A stretch of 64,000 bases of DNA, taken from the NCBI GenBank assembly GCA_035315185.1, contig DATFYE010000002.1:11249-75248 (forward strand). The letters run 5' to 3'. Both the position numbers and the translations under genes were made by a program. The notes beneath the pieces were generated by a model, which saw only the letters and a list, made by a program, of their open reading frames with translations, was not told the DNA's origin and did no database searches. Each line of letters opens with the position of its first letter. Within the stretch, counting starts at the first letter, position 1. Positions 1 through 8,444 of the stretch are shown here, in pieces. Source of the stretch: Syntrophorhabdales bacterium. GTDB taxonomy: Bacteria; Desulfobacterota; Syntrophorhabdia; Syntrophorhabdales; WCHB1-27.

Positions 1-1525
1 CCCTGAGGATCAGGTTCTGCCAATTCCTTTTGCTGAGTTTCCACCCAACGGTACCTTCGAGCATAGGGCGGGCATAGCCTGCGAGGCCTCCAAAATATTT
101 TGGAAAATCTTCGCGCACAAAAAAACAGATAGTAAGGGAGTCGCAGATCACCCGCTCCGGATTTCCGCGCGCACCGTGGAGCTCTCCCACCGGATTCACC
201 ACGAGTCCAACGGCATCGGCCATGTTTCCCCGGGGTTCGTAAGACGTGATGGCAACACCCCTGTGGCTGATGGCGTACCGTTTGTCAGCCTTTTCAATCA
301 GCGCTGGTGCAAATTTAAGACCCTCGGCGAGTTTGTCGCCGATGCCCTCGCGGAATGCAATTTTTTTAACGAGCTGGCAGATGGCTTCCACGTTCCCCCA
401 GGTGAGTTCAATATCGTCTAGATCTTCTTTTGTCACTAGCCCGCGGTCATAACATTCCATCATCCAGGCGACGACGCCGGAGACATCCTCTGAGTCCAAT
501 CCGAGCACGTCAACGTACGTAGAAAGGTACGTCTGCGGATCGTAGCCTGCAACCATAACGTTTGCGTTCCAGCCCCCCGCGTTATCGTGGCGTATTTCAC
601 CGATGGTTGGTGAGAAGGGTGGTTTGCGCCTCATGTAGGGTACCTTACAGCCCACCTGGCAGAGGTTACAGGCGTCGCTCCAGAGTTTGGCGCCTTGTTC
701 CAGTTTCAAAGGATTACTCAGATCGCAGATAGGGTCCCAGCCAAGCTGCTTGTTCTTAATGCCTTCCGTCGTCTTGTAATACCTTGTGGGCATGGTCACG
801 CTGTGGCCCCATCTCCTGGCGGTGACGCGCTCTTCCCAGCCTTCTTTGAGAAATTTGAGAAGCACCTGGTAAATGAGCCGGGGATTCTGGTAAGAAGGCG
901 CCTTGCTCCCCTTGACTGCGATCGCCTTGACCTTCTTCGATCCCATCACAGCTCCCATACCGAGGCGCGCTGCATGATGATAAAAGTCGTGGTCGATAGA
1001 GGCATTCCTCACCATGTGCTCGCCAGCAGGACCGATGGCTGCGATCCTGAAGTTCTGATCGTCCAGGTCTTTTCTCAGCTCGGAGCGGAGCGTTTCCTGA
1101 TGATCTGGGTTGCATTTGCCCCATAGATGCGTAGCATCACGGATCTCAACGTCATCGTCTTTTATGTAAAGGTAAACGGGCTTGTTGGCCTTTCCCTTAA
1201 GCAGCAGCCCGGCGTTATAACCCGCATAGATCAGCTCGACGCCGAAGTGCCCGTTCATGTTAGATTTGCCGGGTAAGAGCGTGAGCGGAGACAGGGCGCT
1301 CACATTCACTACCGAACCGACAAAGCCGGTCAGAGGTCCGACGCCGAAATAGAGGATATTCTCCGGGCTCAAAGGATCTGTGCCAGCAGGAACACGGTCC
1401 CAGAGGAGCTTTGCTCCCAGGCCGCGGCCGCCGCAATAGGTACGCATATCTTTTGTCACATCGACGACGTGCTTCTCTCCGGTGGAGAGATCGACCTCGA
1501 GTAAAGTGAACGTTGTCTCGTTCAT
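1..1525 (-). CDS. Aldehyde:ferredoxin oxidoreductase (AOR) family tungsten/molybdopterin enzyme, N-terminal ~508 aa; C-terminus runs off the window
   Basis: Own translation from ATG 1525-1523, open to position 1: MNETTFTLLEVDLSTGEKHVVDVTKDMRTYCGGRGLGAKLLWDRVP...IAAIGPAGEHMVRNASI...GMGAVMGSKKVKAIAVKGSK. Absent from the ORF track because there is no stop in the window. ATGA overlap with the upstream ferredoxin gene. Confidence 0.85.
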   Translation of the reverse strand, partial: MNETTFTLLEVDLSTGEKHVVDVTKDMRTYCGGRGLGAKLLWDRVPAGTDPLSPENILYFGVGPLTGFVGSVVNVSALSPLTLLPGKSNMNGHFGVELIYAGYNAGLLLKGKANKPVYLYIKDDDVEIRDATHLWGKCNPDHQETLRSELRKDLDDQNFRIAAIGPAGEHMVRNASIDHDFYHHAARLGMGAVMGSKKVKAIAVKGSKAPSYQNPRLIYQVLLKFLKEGWEERVTARRWGHSVTMPTRYYKTTEGIKNKQLGWDPICDLSNPLKLEQGAKLWSDACNLCQVGCKVPYMRRKPPFSPTIGEIRHDNAGGWNANVMVAGYDPQTYLSTYVDVLGLDSEDVSGVVAWMMECYDRGLVTKEDLDDIELTWGNVEAICQLVKKIAFREGIGDKLAEGLKFAPALIEKADKRYAISHRGVAITSYEPRGNMADAVGLVVNPVGELHGARGNPERVICDSLTICFFVREDFPKYFGGLAGYARPMLEGTVGWKLSKRNWQNLILR

Positions 1526-2181
1526 GAGCGCTTCCCTCCGAATAGCTCTTCCGGGCTGATCTGCGCCACATTGCGGGGAAGCGGGTTGAGCCGTTCGGCG
1601 AGACAGGCTGCTTTATCATCCGGGTGGATGCGCTGCAGATGCTGGGGGAACGAAGGCTCCAGAAACTCAAGTGCAAAAGCCGGGCAGACCTCAACGCATT
1701 GAGGCTTGCGAACGCCGTCCTTTTCGCAGAGATCACAAACAAAAGTAGCCTTCTGCTGCGACGGGTAGAATCGCGGGATCTGGGCCGGGCAAGCCTTGGC
1801 GCAACGCCCGCATTTTTGTCCGAGGCACCGCTCTTCATCCACTACCATATGGAACCGCTCATGATCATAACGGATGACCGGCGGATCGAGAGGACATGAC
1901 TTCTCACACTCGCGCTCTTTGTCCGGACACTGTGAACAGACATTCTGAACCGACTTGGGGGCCGGAAGAAGGTAGCGGTAGATACGGATCCGCGACAGTT
2001 CCCTGTTGATCACCCCATGATGAAACATGGAGCAGGCTATCTCGCAATAACCACAGCCGATGCACAGGTCCCAGCGCGCATCAATAAGCGCAATCCCTTT
2101 GGGATAGGGCAAGCTCTCAACGCCCCAACCTTTTTTTCTCTCCAATGCTTTCTCATGCTTTGATTTTTTTCCTTCCTGCAC
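1522..2181 (-). CDS. Poly-[4Fe-4S] ferredoxin-type electron-transfer subunit coupled to the AOR gene
   Basis: Track ORF, 219 aa. Several Cys clusters (CIGCGYCEIAC, CSQCPDKERECEKSCP, CLGQKCGRCAKACP, CDLCEKDGVRKPQCVEVCP). Stop overlaps the AOR start (ATGA). Confidence 0.8.
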   Translation of the reverse strand: MQEGKKSKHEKALERKKGWGVESLPYPKGIALIDARWDLCIGCGYCEIACSMFHHGVINRELSRIRIYRYLLPAPKSVQNVCSQCPDKERECEKSCPLDPPVIRYDHERFHMVVDEERCLGQKCGRCAKACPAQIPRFYPSQQKATFVCDLCEKDGVRKPQCVEVCPAFALEFLEPSFPQHLQRIHPDDKAACLAERLNPLPRNVAQISPEELFGGKRS

Positions 2182-2235
2182 GAATCTAACCTCTCTTTCT
2201 GCTTATCAATTGAAGGATGGTCCTGACATGCGTGC

Positions 2236-2475
2236 TTATCCGCCGCCTGCAAGGCCGAGCACAAAAATTTCCTCCGCTGCGGGATCAAACCGTCTGATAG
2301 GAATCGCCTCCTTGCTTCCACTATCCGTCTTAAAGGCAATAACATCCTCTCTCAGATACTTCTCAAACTTTTCACGCGCAGCCTGTACCTCCGAGGGTGA
2401 GTTCGCATTCCATACGCACTCCTCATGCCCATCAGAGGTAAGTATTTTAAGACGTCCCATCAGCGCCCGCGCCAC
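2236..2475 (-). CDS. Small protein ending in ...LAGGG; possible ThiS/MoaD-like beta-grasp sulfur carrier
   Basis: Track ORF, 79 aa, first gene of the minus-strand AOR unit. The C-terminal Gly-Gly(-Gly) tail (EEIFVLGLAGGG) resembles ThiS/MoaD ends. The fold is not verifiable here. Confidence 0.4.
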   Translation of the reverse strand: MARALMGRLKILTSDGHEECVWNANSPSEVQAAREKFEKYLREDVIAFKTDSGSKEAIPIRRFDPAAEEIFVLGLAGGG

Positions 2476-2533
2476 ACAGAATCTATTCCGCTTTGGAAAT
2501 CATTGTCAATGGCTTTTTCAGCACGCAAAATAA

Positions 2534-2563
2534 TTGACAACAGTTGGGTCCTGCATCTATCAT
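2534..2563 (+). promoter_or_regulatory. Sigma-70-like promoter candidate for the solute-binding protein gene
   Basis: TTGACA (2534-2539), 18-nt spacer, TATCAT (2558-2563), about 30 nt before the SD GAGGAGGG and ATG 2595. Confidence 0.35.
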
Positions 2564-2594
2564 AGGGTAAACAACTTTGAGAGGAGGGCACGAC

Positions 2595-3806
2595 ATGGCG
2601 CATGCTAAAACGAGAGGAGTAGTGATCGGCTGCTTGTTATCAGTCTGCGTACTGGTGATCGGATCGAATGTGATTGCGGCGGAACCATCACCTATAAAGG
2701 TGGGGCTCCTCCTTCCTTATACAGGAAGTATGCCGCTTCAAGCCAAAGGGATCAATGACGGCGTGGAACTCTATTTTGCAGAAATTGGCCAGAAAGCGGG
2801 CGGAAGACCCATCCAGGTAATCAAGGAGGATGATGAAGTCAGTCCCACCGTAGGCTTGACCAAGGCGCGGCGTCTGGTAGAACAATACAAGGTGAATTTC
2901 ATAGTTGGTCCGGTCAGCAGCGCTGTTGCGTTGGCCATCCACGACTACATCGGCAACCAGAAAGTCGTCTTGATTAACCCTTGCGCCAACACCCGCGAGT
3001 TAACAGCGCCTGAAAAAGCTAAGGAAAATGTTTTCAGGGTAATTGAGACTACCGACCAGGCGAATTACCCAATGGGTAAGTGGGTATACAAAAACACTTC
3101 GTACCGCAACATGGTCATAACAGCCTCCGATTTTGCCGCCGGGCACCATACGGTTGAGGCCTTTAAGGCCGGCTTTGAAGAAGCGGGCGGCAAGGTAGGG
3201 AAAGAGGTGTTCCCAAAGCTGGGCACTATGGATTTTGCTCCATACATGCCCGCGATGGATATCAAGGGCGCTGATGCTGTCTACACGTGGTATGCCGGAA
3301 CCGATGCAGTCAGATTCGTGCAGCAGTATCAGGAATTTGGTTTGAAGAAACGTATCCCCTTACTGGGCTTTGCAACGCTCGTTGATGATCCTTATCTTGC
3401 TACCATTGGGGATGCTGCCCTCGGTATTGTTTCCGTGAGCCACTATGGTTTCACGATAGACACTCCTCAAAACCGCGCCTTCGTTAAGGCTTATAGCGCA
3501 AAGTATGGTGAGCCACCTTCCCGCTACAGTGAGTTTGGCTATGTTGCTGCCCAGATGATCGGATCTGCCGCCGATGCGCTAAAAGGAGAAGTCGAGGACA
3601 GTTCAAAGGTAGCCAAAGAGATAAGAAGGGTTGCAGGGAAAATCGAAACGCCTTCCGGCCCCCTTGCCTTCGATCAGTACAACCAGCGGATCTCCAATCT
3701 CTACGTGCTGAAAGTGGAAAAACGTGATGGGAAACTGGTAAATGTGGTCATTGACCGGATTGGCAGGGTATCCCAGGAGGACACCTGGAAATGGTGGCGG
3801 AAGTAA
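2595..3806 (+). CDS. Periplasmic solute-binding protein, Leu/Ile/Val-binding (type 1 PBP, LivK-like) family
   Basis: Track ORF 2577..3806. ATG 2595 preferred (SD GAGGAGGG 7 nt upstream). Signal peptide (GVVIGCLLSVCVLVIGSNVIAAEP), then IKVGLLLPYTGS...GPVSSAVALA, typical of this family. Confidence 0.85.
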   Translation: MAHAKTRGVVIGCLLSVCVLVIGSNVIAAEPSPIKVGLLLPYTGSMPLQAKGINDGVELYFAEIGQKAGGRPIQVIKEDDEVSPTVGLTKARRLVEQYKVNFIVGPVSSAVALAIHDYIGNQKVVLINPCANTRELTAPEKAKENVFRVIETTDQANYPMGKWVYKNTSYRNMVITASDFAAGHHTVEAFKAGFEEAGGKVGKEVFPKLGTMDFAPYMPAMDIKGADAVYTWYAGTDAVRFVQQYQEFGLKKRIPLLGFATLVDDPYLATIGDAALGIVSVSHYGFTIDTPQNRAFVKAYSAKYGEPPSRYSEFGYVAAQMIGSAADALKGEVEDSSKVAKEIRRVAGKIETPSGPLAFDQYNQRISNLYVLKVEKRDGKLVNVVIDRIGRVSQEDTWKWWRK

Positions 3807-3837
3807 TATGCAGCTTTGGAAAAAGCGCAAGAACTAA

Positions 3838-4902
3838 ATGAGTGTGGATGGTTCTGTAGGGGACAGCAGAACATACGAAAGGGAGGAAATTATGACACGC
3901 TTCTCGGCCTGTCTTGGCTCTTTCATCGTGGCGTCGTTTGTCATCTCCACTTCTGTTCTTGCAGAGACCAGAACAGCTTCAGGAACGATCGCCCGTGTGG
4001 AAGAGACAGGTACGGCGGTTACATTCGTGACAGAGCTGGGTGAGACCGTGGTGGCTGAATCACGCGGCAAAGCGACTGACGTGTATCGGAGGGAAAGGAA
4101 GATCGAGTTCAAGGATCTTAAACCCGGTGAGAAAATTTGGGTCATGTGGAGACCGGGCAAAAGGAACGTGATTGCCCTCCTCAAGACAGACCTGGACATC
4201 GCGAGAGAGACGGAAGCACTGAAGGAGAAGTTGGCCCGGGCGATCCGCATCCTGAACATGGAGGGACTGGTGGCCTTCTCAGGCCACATCAGCGGCCGCG
4301 TCCCCGGTAGTCAGACATTTTTTATCCACCCCGTGAGCATGCCGCGAAGCGAGGTCAAGCCGTCCGACATGTGCGAGGTAACACTTGACGGAAAGCAGAT
4401 ATCCGGCACGGAACGGGTGCCGGACGAAACCGATATCCACGCCGCCGTCTACCGCGCCAGGAAGGACGTAAGCTGCGTGCTTCACGTTCACCCTCACTAC
4501 ATCATTGTCCCGAGTCTCGTGGGAAAAGATCTCATTCCGGTAAGTGGCCACGGTGCGATCTTCGGCGCTAAAGTGCCCGTGTTCCCCCATGCGGAAAAGA
4601 TCGCTACCCCGCAGCTTGCCGATCAGATGGCGAAGGTCCTCGGGAATGATCGGGCCGTTGTACTCAAGGGGCATGGCGCCGTGATCGCGGAAGGGACGGT
4701 TGAGTCCGTAATCACCGCTGCCCTCTACCTCGAAGAGAACGCGCAGCTTCTTGTAGACGCGATGTCGGTCGGCACCCCCATCCCGATGACGCCCGAGGAG
4801 CTGAAGGCTGCCGTCGATGAGACCTACCAGCCGACAAGCATCTTTAAGACTTGGGATTATTATATCCAGAAAGGCAAGACGAACGGTATTTTCTGGGATT
4901 AA
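3838..4902 (+). CDS. Class II aldolase/adducin-domain protein with an extra ~125-aa N-terminal region (signal-peptide-like segment plus a small domain)
   Basis: The C-terminal ~230 aa carry aldolase-II features (LVAFSGHISGRVPG, DIHAAVYRARKDVSCVLHVHPHY, VLKGHGAV). N-terminus from ATG 3892: MTRFSACLGSFIVASFVISTSVLAETRTASG. Confidence 0.75.
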   Translation: MSVDGSVGDSRTYEREEIMTRFSACLGSFIVASFVISTSVLAETRTASGTIARVEETGTAVTFVTELGETVVAESRGKATDVYRRERKIEFKDLKPGEKIWVMWRPGKRNVIALLKTDLDIARETEALKEKLARAIRILNMEGLVAFSGHISGRVPGSQTFFIHPVSMPRSEVKPSDMCEVTLDGKQISGTERVPDETDIHAAVYRARKDVSCVLHVHPHYIIVPSLVGKDLIPVSGHGAIFGAKVPVFPHAEKIATPQLADQMAKVLGNDRAVVLKGHGAVIAEGTVESVITAALYLEENAQLLVDAMSVGTPIPMTPEELKAAVDETYQPTSIFKTWDYYIQKGKTNGIFWD

Positions 4903-4989
4903 GTGAAGGCGCTCGGCTCGAATGCAAGAGACGACCGGCTCTCGGTGGGTCGCTGCGTTGTACTCCATTCTTAATTAGAGATCCCCAAT

Positions 4990-5063
4990 GATCTCTGTCG
5001 GGAGTAGGAGACAGAGCTTGCCGGTCAATGCTGATGTTGCGTCCCCATACCCCGACAGAGATC
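4990..5063. repeat. 13-bp perfect inverted repeat with a 48-nt spacer between convergent genes
   Basis: GATCTCTGTCGGG (4990-5002) and CCCGACAGAGATC (5051-5063) are exact reverse complements. Confidence 0.6.
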
Positions 5064-5204
5064 AAGGCTCTTCACTCACACCGTCGAATAAACCTACCAT
5101 TCCGCTTTGCAAAAAAAATCCGTGCCAGAAGTGCATCCTTGCGACGAGTGTCTGTCCTCGACACACCCCTTGGATTTTTGCCGCCTTGGGAAGGCGCCAC
5201 AGCC

Positions 5205-5408
5205 TCAAAGGACGCTGGCAAACTTAGCGAGCTGCACCCGTCTCTTGATACCCAACTTCTGGTAGATCTTCAGAAGATGGGCCTTTATGGTAGCCGGGCT
5301 GATCTGAAGACTGCGGGCCATTTCCTCAGTGGTCAAGCCTTCCACTGCCAGTAACACCACGTCTCTTTCCCGCTGACTGAGCAGTGCTGAAAGACTTTCG
5401 TTTTGCAC
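5205..5408 (-). CDS. Stand-alone LuxR/GerE-type helix-turn-helix protein (67 aa)
   Basis: LSQRERDVVLLAVEGLTTEEMARSLQISPATIKAHLLKIYQKLGI matches the LuxR C-terminal HTH pattern. GTG start 5408 with SD GGAGGG 4 nt upstream. Confidence 0.75.
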   Translation of the reverse strand: MQNESLSALLSQRERDVVLLAVEGLTTEEMARSLQISPATIKAHLLKIYQKLGIKRRVQLAKFASVL

Positions 5409-6003
5409 ATGACCCTCCGTGTACGTTGTCTCAGCTACACTGAGCCCTACCCTATGACGACATGCAGTCGTTCACTGTTTAAATGCAAAGTTTGCTATTT
5501 CATCTCAGGCCTGGGACTGCGAGATTCCGGCAGCCACGTTGCTCTCCCTGGTCGAGTAACCTTTCAAGTTACGTGCCGCGCTCTTCTGCACGATCAATTG
5601 ATTGTATCTCCCGGCCGGGAAGGCGTTTATGCGGAAAGGCAAAAACCTTGGGAGGTCACTATGAATGGTTCTTCCTTCATATTGATCAGAAAAGGCGTAG
5701 GGTATGACCTTCGCGCTAACGTGATCTCTCGAGACTCTCGTTAATCTCGCCGGAGAGAACTTCCTGATCTGCAGTGGAACAGCCGTCGCCGTATGCGCCT
5801 TTCTGCCGGCAAGCTGCTGTCAGCTGTTCGTCCGCCACATTTGGGATACCCTTTCTGCTCCTTTCAACAAAACACGCCCCCGAGCGACGGTAAAACCCTG
5901 CACTCACTCCGGTCGGTGTGTAGGGAAAACCGTTCACAATCAGGTTCCCGGCACCTACATTCTCATCCATCTACGGCATCTGTTACCATAGATCCGCTCA
6001 AAC

Positions 6004-6019
6004 CGGGTGCCGGATTGCA
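6004..6019 (+). promoter_or_regulatory. Weak sigma-54 (-24/-12) promoter candidate
   Basis: CGGGTGCCGGATTGCA: GG at 6005-6006 and TTGCA at 6015-6019 have the consensus TGGCACG-N4-TTGCA spacing. It lies upstream of the zinc-ribbon ORF and the kinase/sigma-54 regulator genes. Confidence 0.25.
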
Positions 6020-6153
6020 AGGCTCCATGTAAACGTCATGCGGTGGCCTAACCACCCGGCATGTTGTTTGCTTCCGTCTTGGTGGGCACGTAAAGTGCTA
6101 CCATGGTGATTGGTAAGAGAGATCATTCACGATCAAGACATGAAGGAGTCCCT

Positions 6154-6399
6154 ATGTTAAGCATACATGCTACGACCCCCAATGAGCGCCTGTCCATCAT
6201 AATTCGGCCCAGATGCCCAAAATGCAAGAAAGAATTCATGCTGAACCTGACGAATTATCTTCCGGGGAAGCATCATGCATGCTATGCTTGCGGCACGGTG
6301 ACACCATTCGATACTGCACTGGCGGAAAAGGTTCAAACGCAGGCGAAGGGCCTTGAGACATTAATACAAGAAATATTTGAAAGTTTTCACTCTGATTGA
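6154..6399 (+). CDS. Small zinc-ribbon protein (hypothetical)
   Basis: Track ORF 6103..6399. ATG 6154 preferred (SD GAAGGAG 6 nt upstream). Two CxxC pairs (CPKCKK ... CYACG). Confidence 0.4.
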   Translation: MLSIHATTPNERLSIIIRPRCPKCKKEFMLNLTNYLPGKHHACYACGTVTPFDTALAEKVQTQAKGLETLIQEIFESFHSD

Positions 6400-6519
6400 G
6401 GCATGTTGCGTCGCGTAAAAAAGAAAAACTCGGAAAGATGAGCTGCATCGAGGATTACTTGTCGACTGAAATATAGTAAGCTGTTCTGCTGACTGCGGAG
6501 CGGTAGGTCGACTAATCCA

Positions 6520-7965
6520 ATGAGACTGACATTCTTTTCTCGACTGACAATAGGCTACCTCACCATATTTGTCATTATGGGGGCGGTGAGTTCCTATTCA
6601 CTCGTTAAACTCCACGAGTTACGCACCGGGACCGCCCAAATCATCAACGTTGACCAGCGCATTCTGGACTTCAGGAAGAAACTTGCTGATTCCGTATTGT
6701 CTCAGATGGGGTATCAAAAGAAATACCTCATCACCAGAGATGAAACATTCCGCGAACAATTTGTCGCTGCTGAAGACGATTTCATCACGTATCTTACTGA
6801 AGCGCTTCGCATTGCCGACACTCCCACAAAAAAAGATTCCCTGAATCGGCTGCAGGCTGCTTATGGGCAGTATCGAGCTTTGCTGCAAGCTGACATGAAC
6901 TCGGTCAAGAGCAACCGATCCAACGCGGAAATGCTGCATCGGCAAGAAAAGGAAAGGCTGATTGAGAGGATCCTGGAAGAATTAAAGATACTGGAGGCGT
7001 CCTCGTATCAGGACATCTATGTGCGGATGAGTGATCTGAGCGAGGCCGGCAGTTCCGCACGGAGACTGTCGATCTTAATGTTCGGCATTGCCGTTGTTCT
7101 GGTTATCGGTACCTCCTTCTTCACGACCCGGAGTATAACGAAGCCTCTGATGGTTTTGATCGAGAAGACGAAGGAAGTTTCCCAGGGCATCTTCAAAGGT
7201 GATCTTGACATACCCTCGTCTCCAGAAATTTCTGAACTGACAAGCGCTTTTAACACGATGTGCGACAAATTGAAACGTGTAGAAACTATGAAATCCGAAT
7301 TTTTTTCCAGTATGTCTCACGAGCTGCGAACCCCGCTCACCTCGATAAAGGAAGGAATAGGGCTTCTTCAGGATGGGGTGGGCGGTTCAATGAGCGAGAA
7401 GCAGAAGAGGCTTCTCATTATACTCTCGGAGGAGACGCATCGGCTCATCGGCCTCGTGAACTCCATGCTCGACCTGTCCAAAATGGAAGAAGGCATGATG
7501 ACGTACAATTTCCATCACGAAGAACTCACTCCTCTTATCAAGAGAGTCATTACGGAGACAGGCCCGCTCATGGAGGGGAAAAGGATCACCCTCCAGACAG
7601 AGATCGGTGAAGGCCTTCCTTCCTTGAGGCTGGACCGCGAGAGAATACTCCAGGTCTTGCGAAACTTGATCAGCAATGCTGTGAAGTTCACACCCGAAGG
7701 CGGGGCAATCCGGATATCGTCCCACATCAAAAATGGAGGGGTGGAGTTTTCCGTGACAGATACGGGTCCGGGGATTCCGAAAGAAAACCTGAAGGCTATC
7801 TTTGAGAAATTTCACCAACTTCCCGTCAAGACTTCGGCATGGATGAAGGGCACAGGCTTGGGTCTGGCGATCGTGAAGCACATCGTAGCGGCGCATGGAG
7901 GTAACGTATGGGCAGAAAGCGAACCGGGACAGGGAAGTACGTTTACTGTTGTATTGCCGTCCTGA
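6520..7965 (+). CDS. Membrane sensor histidine kinase (HAMP, HisKA, HATPase_c)
   Basis: 481 aa. N-terminal TM segment, second TM plus HAMP, H-box FFSSMSHELRTPLTSI, N/G boxes (NLISNAVKFTPEGG, DTGPGIP, GTGLGLAIV). Confidence 0.9.
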   Translation: MRLTFFSRLTIGYLTIFVIMGAVSSYSLVKLHELRTGTAQIINVDQRILDFRKKLADSVLSQMGYQKKYLITRDETFREQFVAAEDDFITYLTEALRIADTPTKKDSLNRLQAAYGQYRALLQADMNSVKSNRSNAEMLHRQEKERLIERILEELKILEASSYQDIYVRMSDLSEAGSSARRLSILMFGIAVVLVIGTSFFTTRSITKPLMVLIEKTKEVSQGIFKGDLDIPSSPEISELTSAFNTMCDKLKRVETMKSEFFSSMSHELRTPLTSIKEGIGLLQDGVGGSMSEKQKRLLIILSEETHRLIGLVNSMLDLSKMEEGMMTYNFHHEELTPLIKRVITETGPLMEGKRITLQTEIGEGLPSLRLDRERILQVLRNLISNAVKFTPEGGAIRISSHIKNGGVEFSVTDTGPGIPKENLKAIFEKFHQLPVKTSAWMKGTGLGLAIVKHIVAAHGGNVWAESEPGQGSTFTVVLPS

Positions 7966-8435
7966 CCTGTCTCTTGCTCTCGCAGTGTGCTGATCTGGAC
8001 AGATCGCCACTAGTTCAGAAGTTGTCGCCCCAGGACGAATCCCGCGAGCATCTCATTCGGGCGCAGGAACTGCTTCAACGGGGCGACTACGGCACAGCCC
8101 TGCAAGAAAACCAGAAGGTCTTGTCCCTCTCCGCCGGCAATCCCCTTGCAGATGAGGCGCTGTACAACATGGCACTGATTTATGCCCATCCTGGCAATCC
8201 CAAGAGAGATTACGGCAGATCGATTGCTGCGCTCAAGACGCTCATCAAGGAGTACCCGGAGAGCGCCTGGACTGAACAAGCGAAAGTCTGGCTGCAGGTC
8301 ATGCAGGAAAGTGAAAATGCCAGACGGGTAGCGGCTTCCGTTACACAGGAGAATGACAAGCTCAAACGGATCATTGAGGAATCAAGGAAAGTGGATATGG
8401 AAATCGAGGAAATGAAGAAAGAGAAAGCGAGGTAA
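7908..8435 (+). CDS. TPR/YbgF-like lipoprotein with a C-terminal coiled coil, between kinase and regulator
   Basis: 175 aa. Basic N-terminus plus hydrophobic core ending LLSQC (lipobox-like), TPR-like segment (ALYNMALIYAHPGNPKRDYGRSIAALKTLIKEYPES), Glu/Lys-rich tail. Overlaps the kinase 3' end by 58 nt. Confidence 0.6.
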   Translation: MGRKRTGTGKYVYCCIAVLTCLLLSQCADLDRSPLVQKLSPQDESREHLIRAQELLQRGDYGTALQENQKVLSLSAGNPLADEALYNMALIYAHPGNPKRDYGRSIAALKTLIKEYPESAWTEQAKVWLQVMQESENARRVAASVTQENDKLKRIIEESRKVDMEIEEMKKEKAR

Positions 8436-8444
8436 AGAACCCTT

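Noticed and set aside
4903-4945. Similarity of GTGAAGGCGCTCGGCTCGAATGCAAG (after the aldolase stop) to the repeat-family right arm (CTTGAAGGCGAATTGG / CTTGAATGCAAATTGG).
   Set aside because: Only two short word matches (GAAGGCG, GAATGCAA) in the wrong relative arrangement. This is not distinguishable from chance without a statistical model.
5716-5970. 84-aa minus-strand ORF (MDENVGAGNLIVNGFPYTPTGVSAGFYRRSGACFVE...) and 113-aa plus-strand ORF 5403..5744.
   Set aside because: No SD and no recognisable motifs, and the two ORFs overlap each other. The region is left unannotated apart from a mention under the sigma-54 finding.
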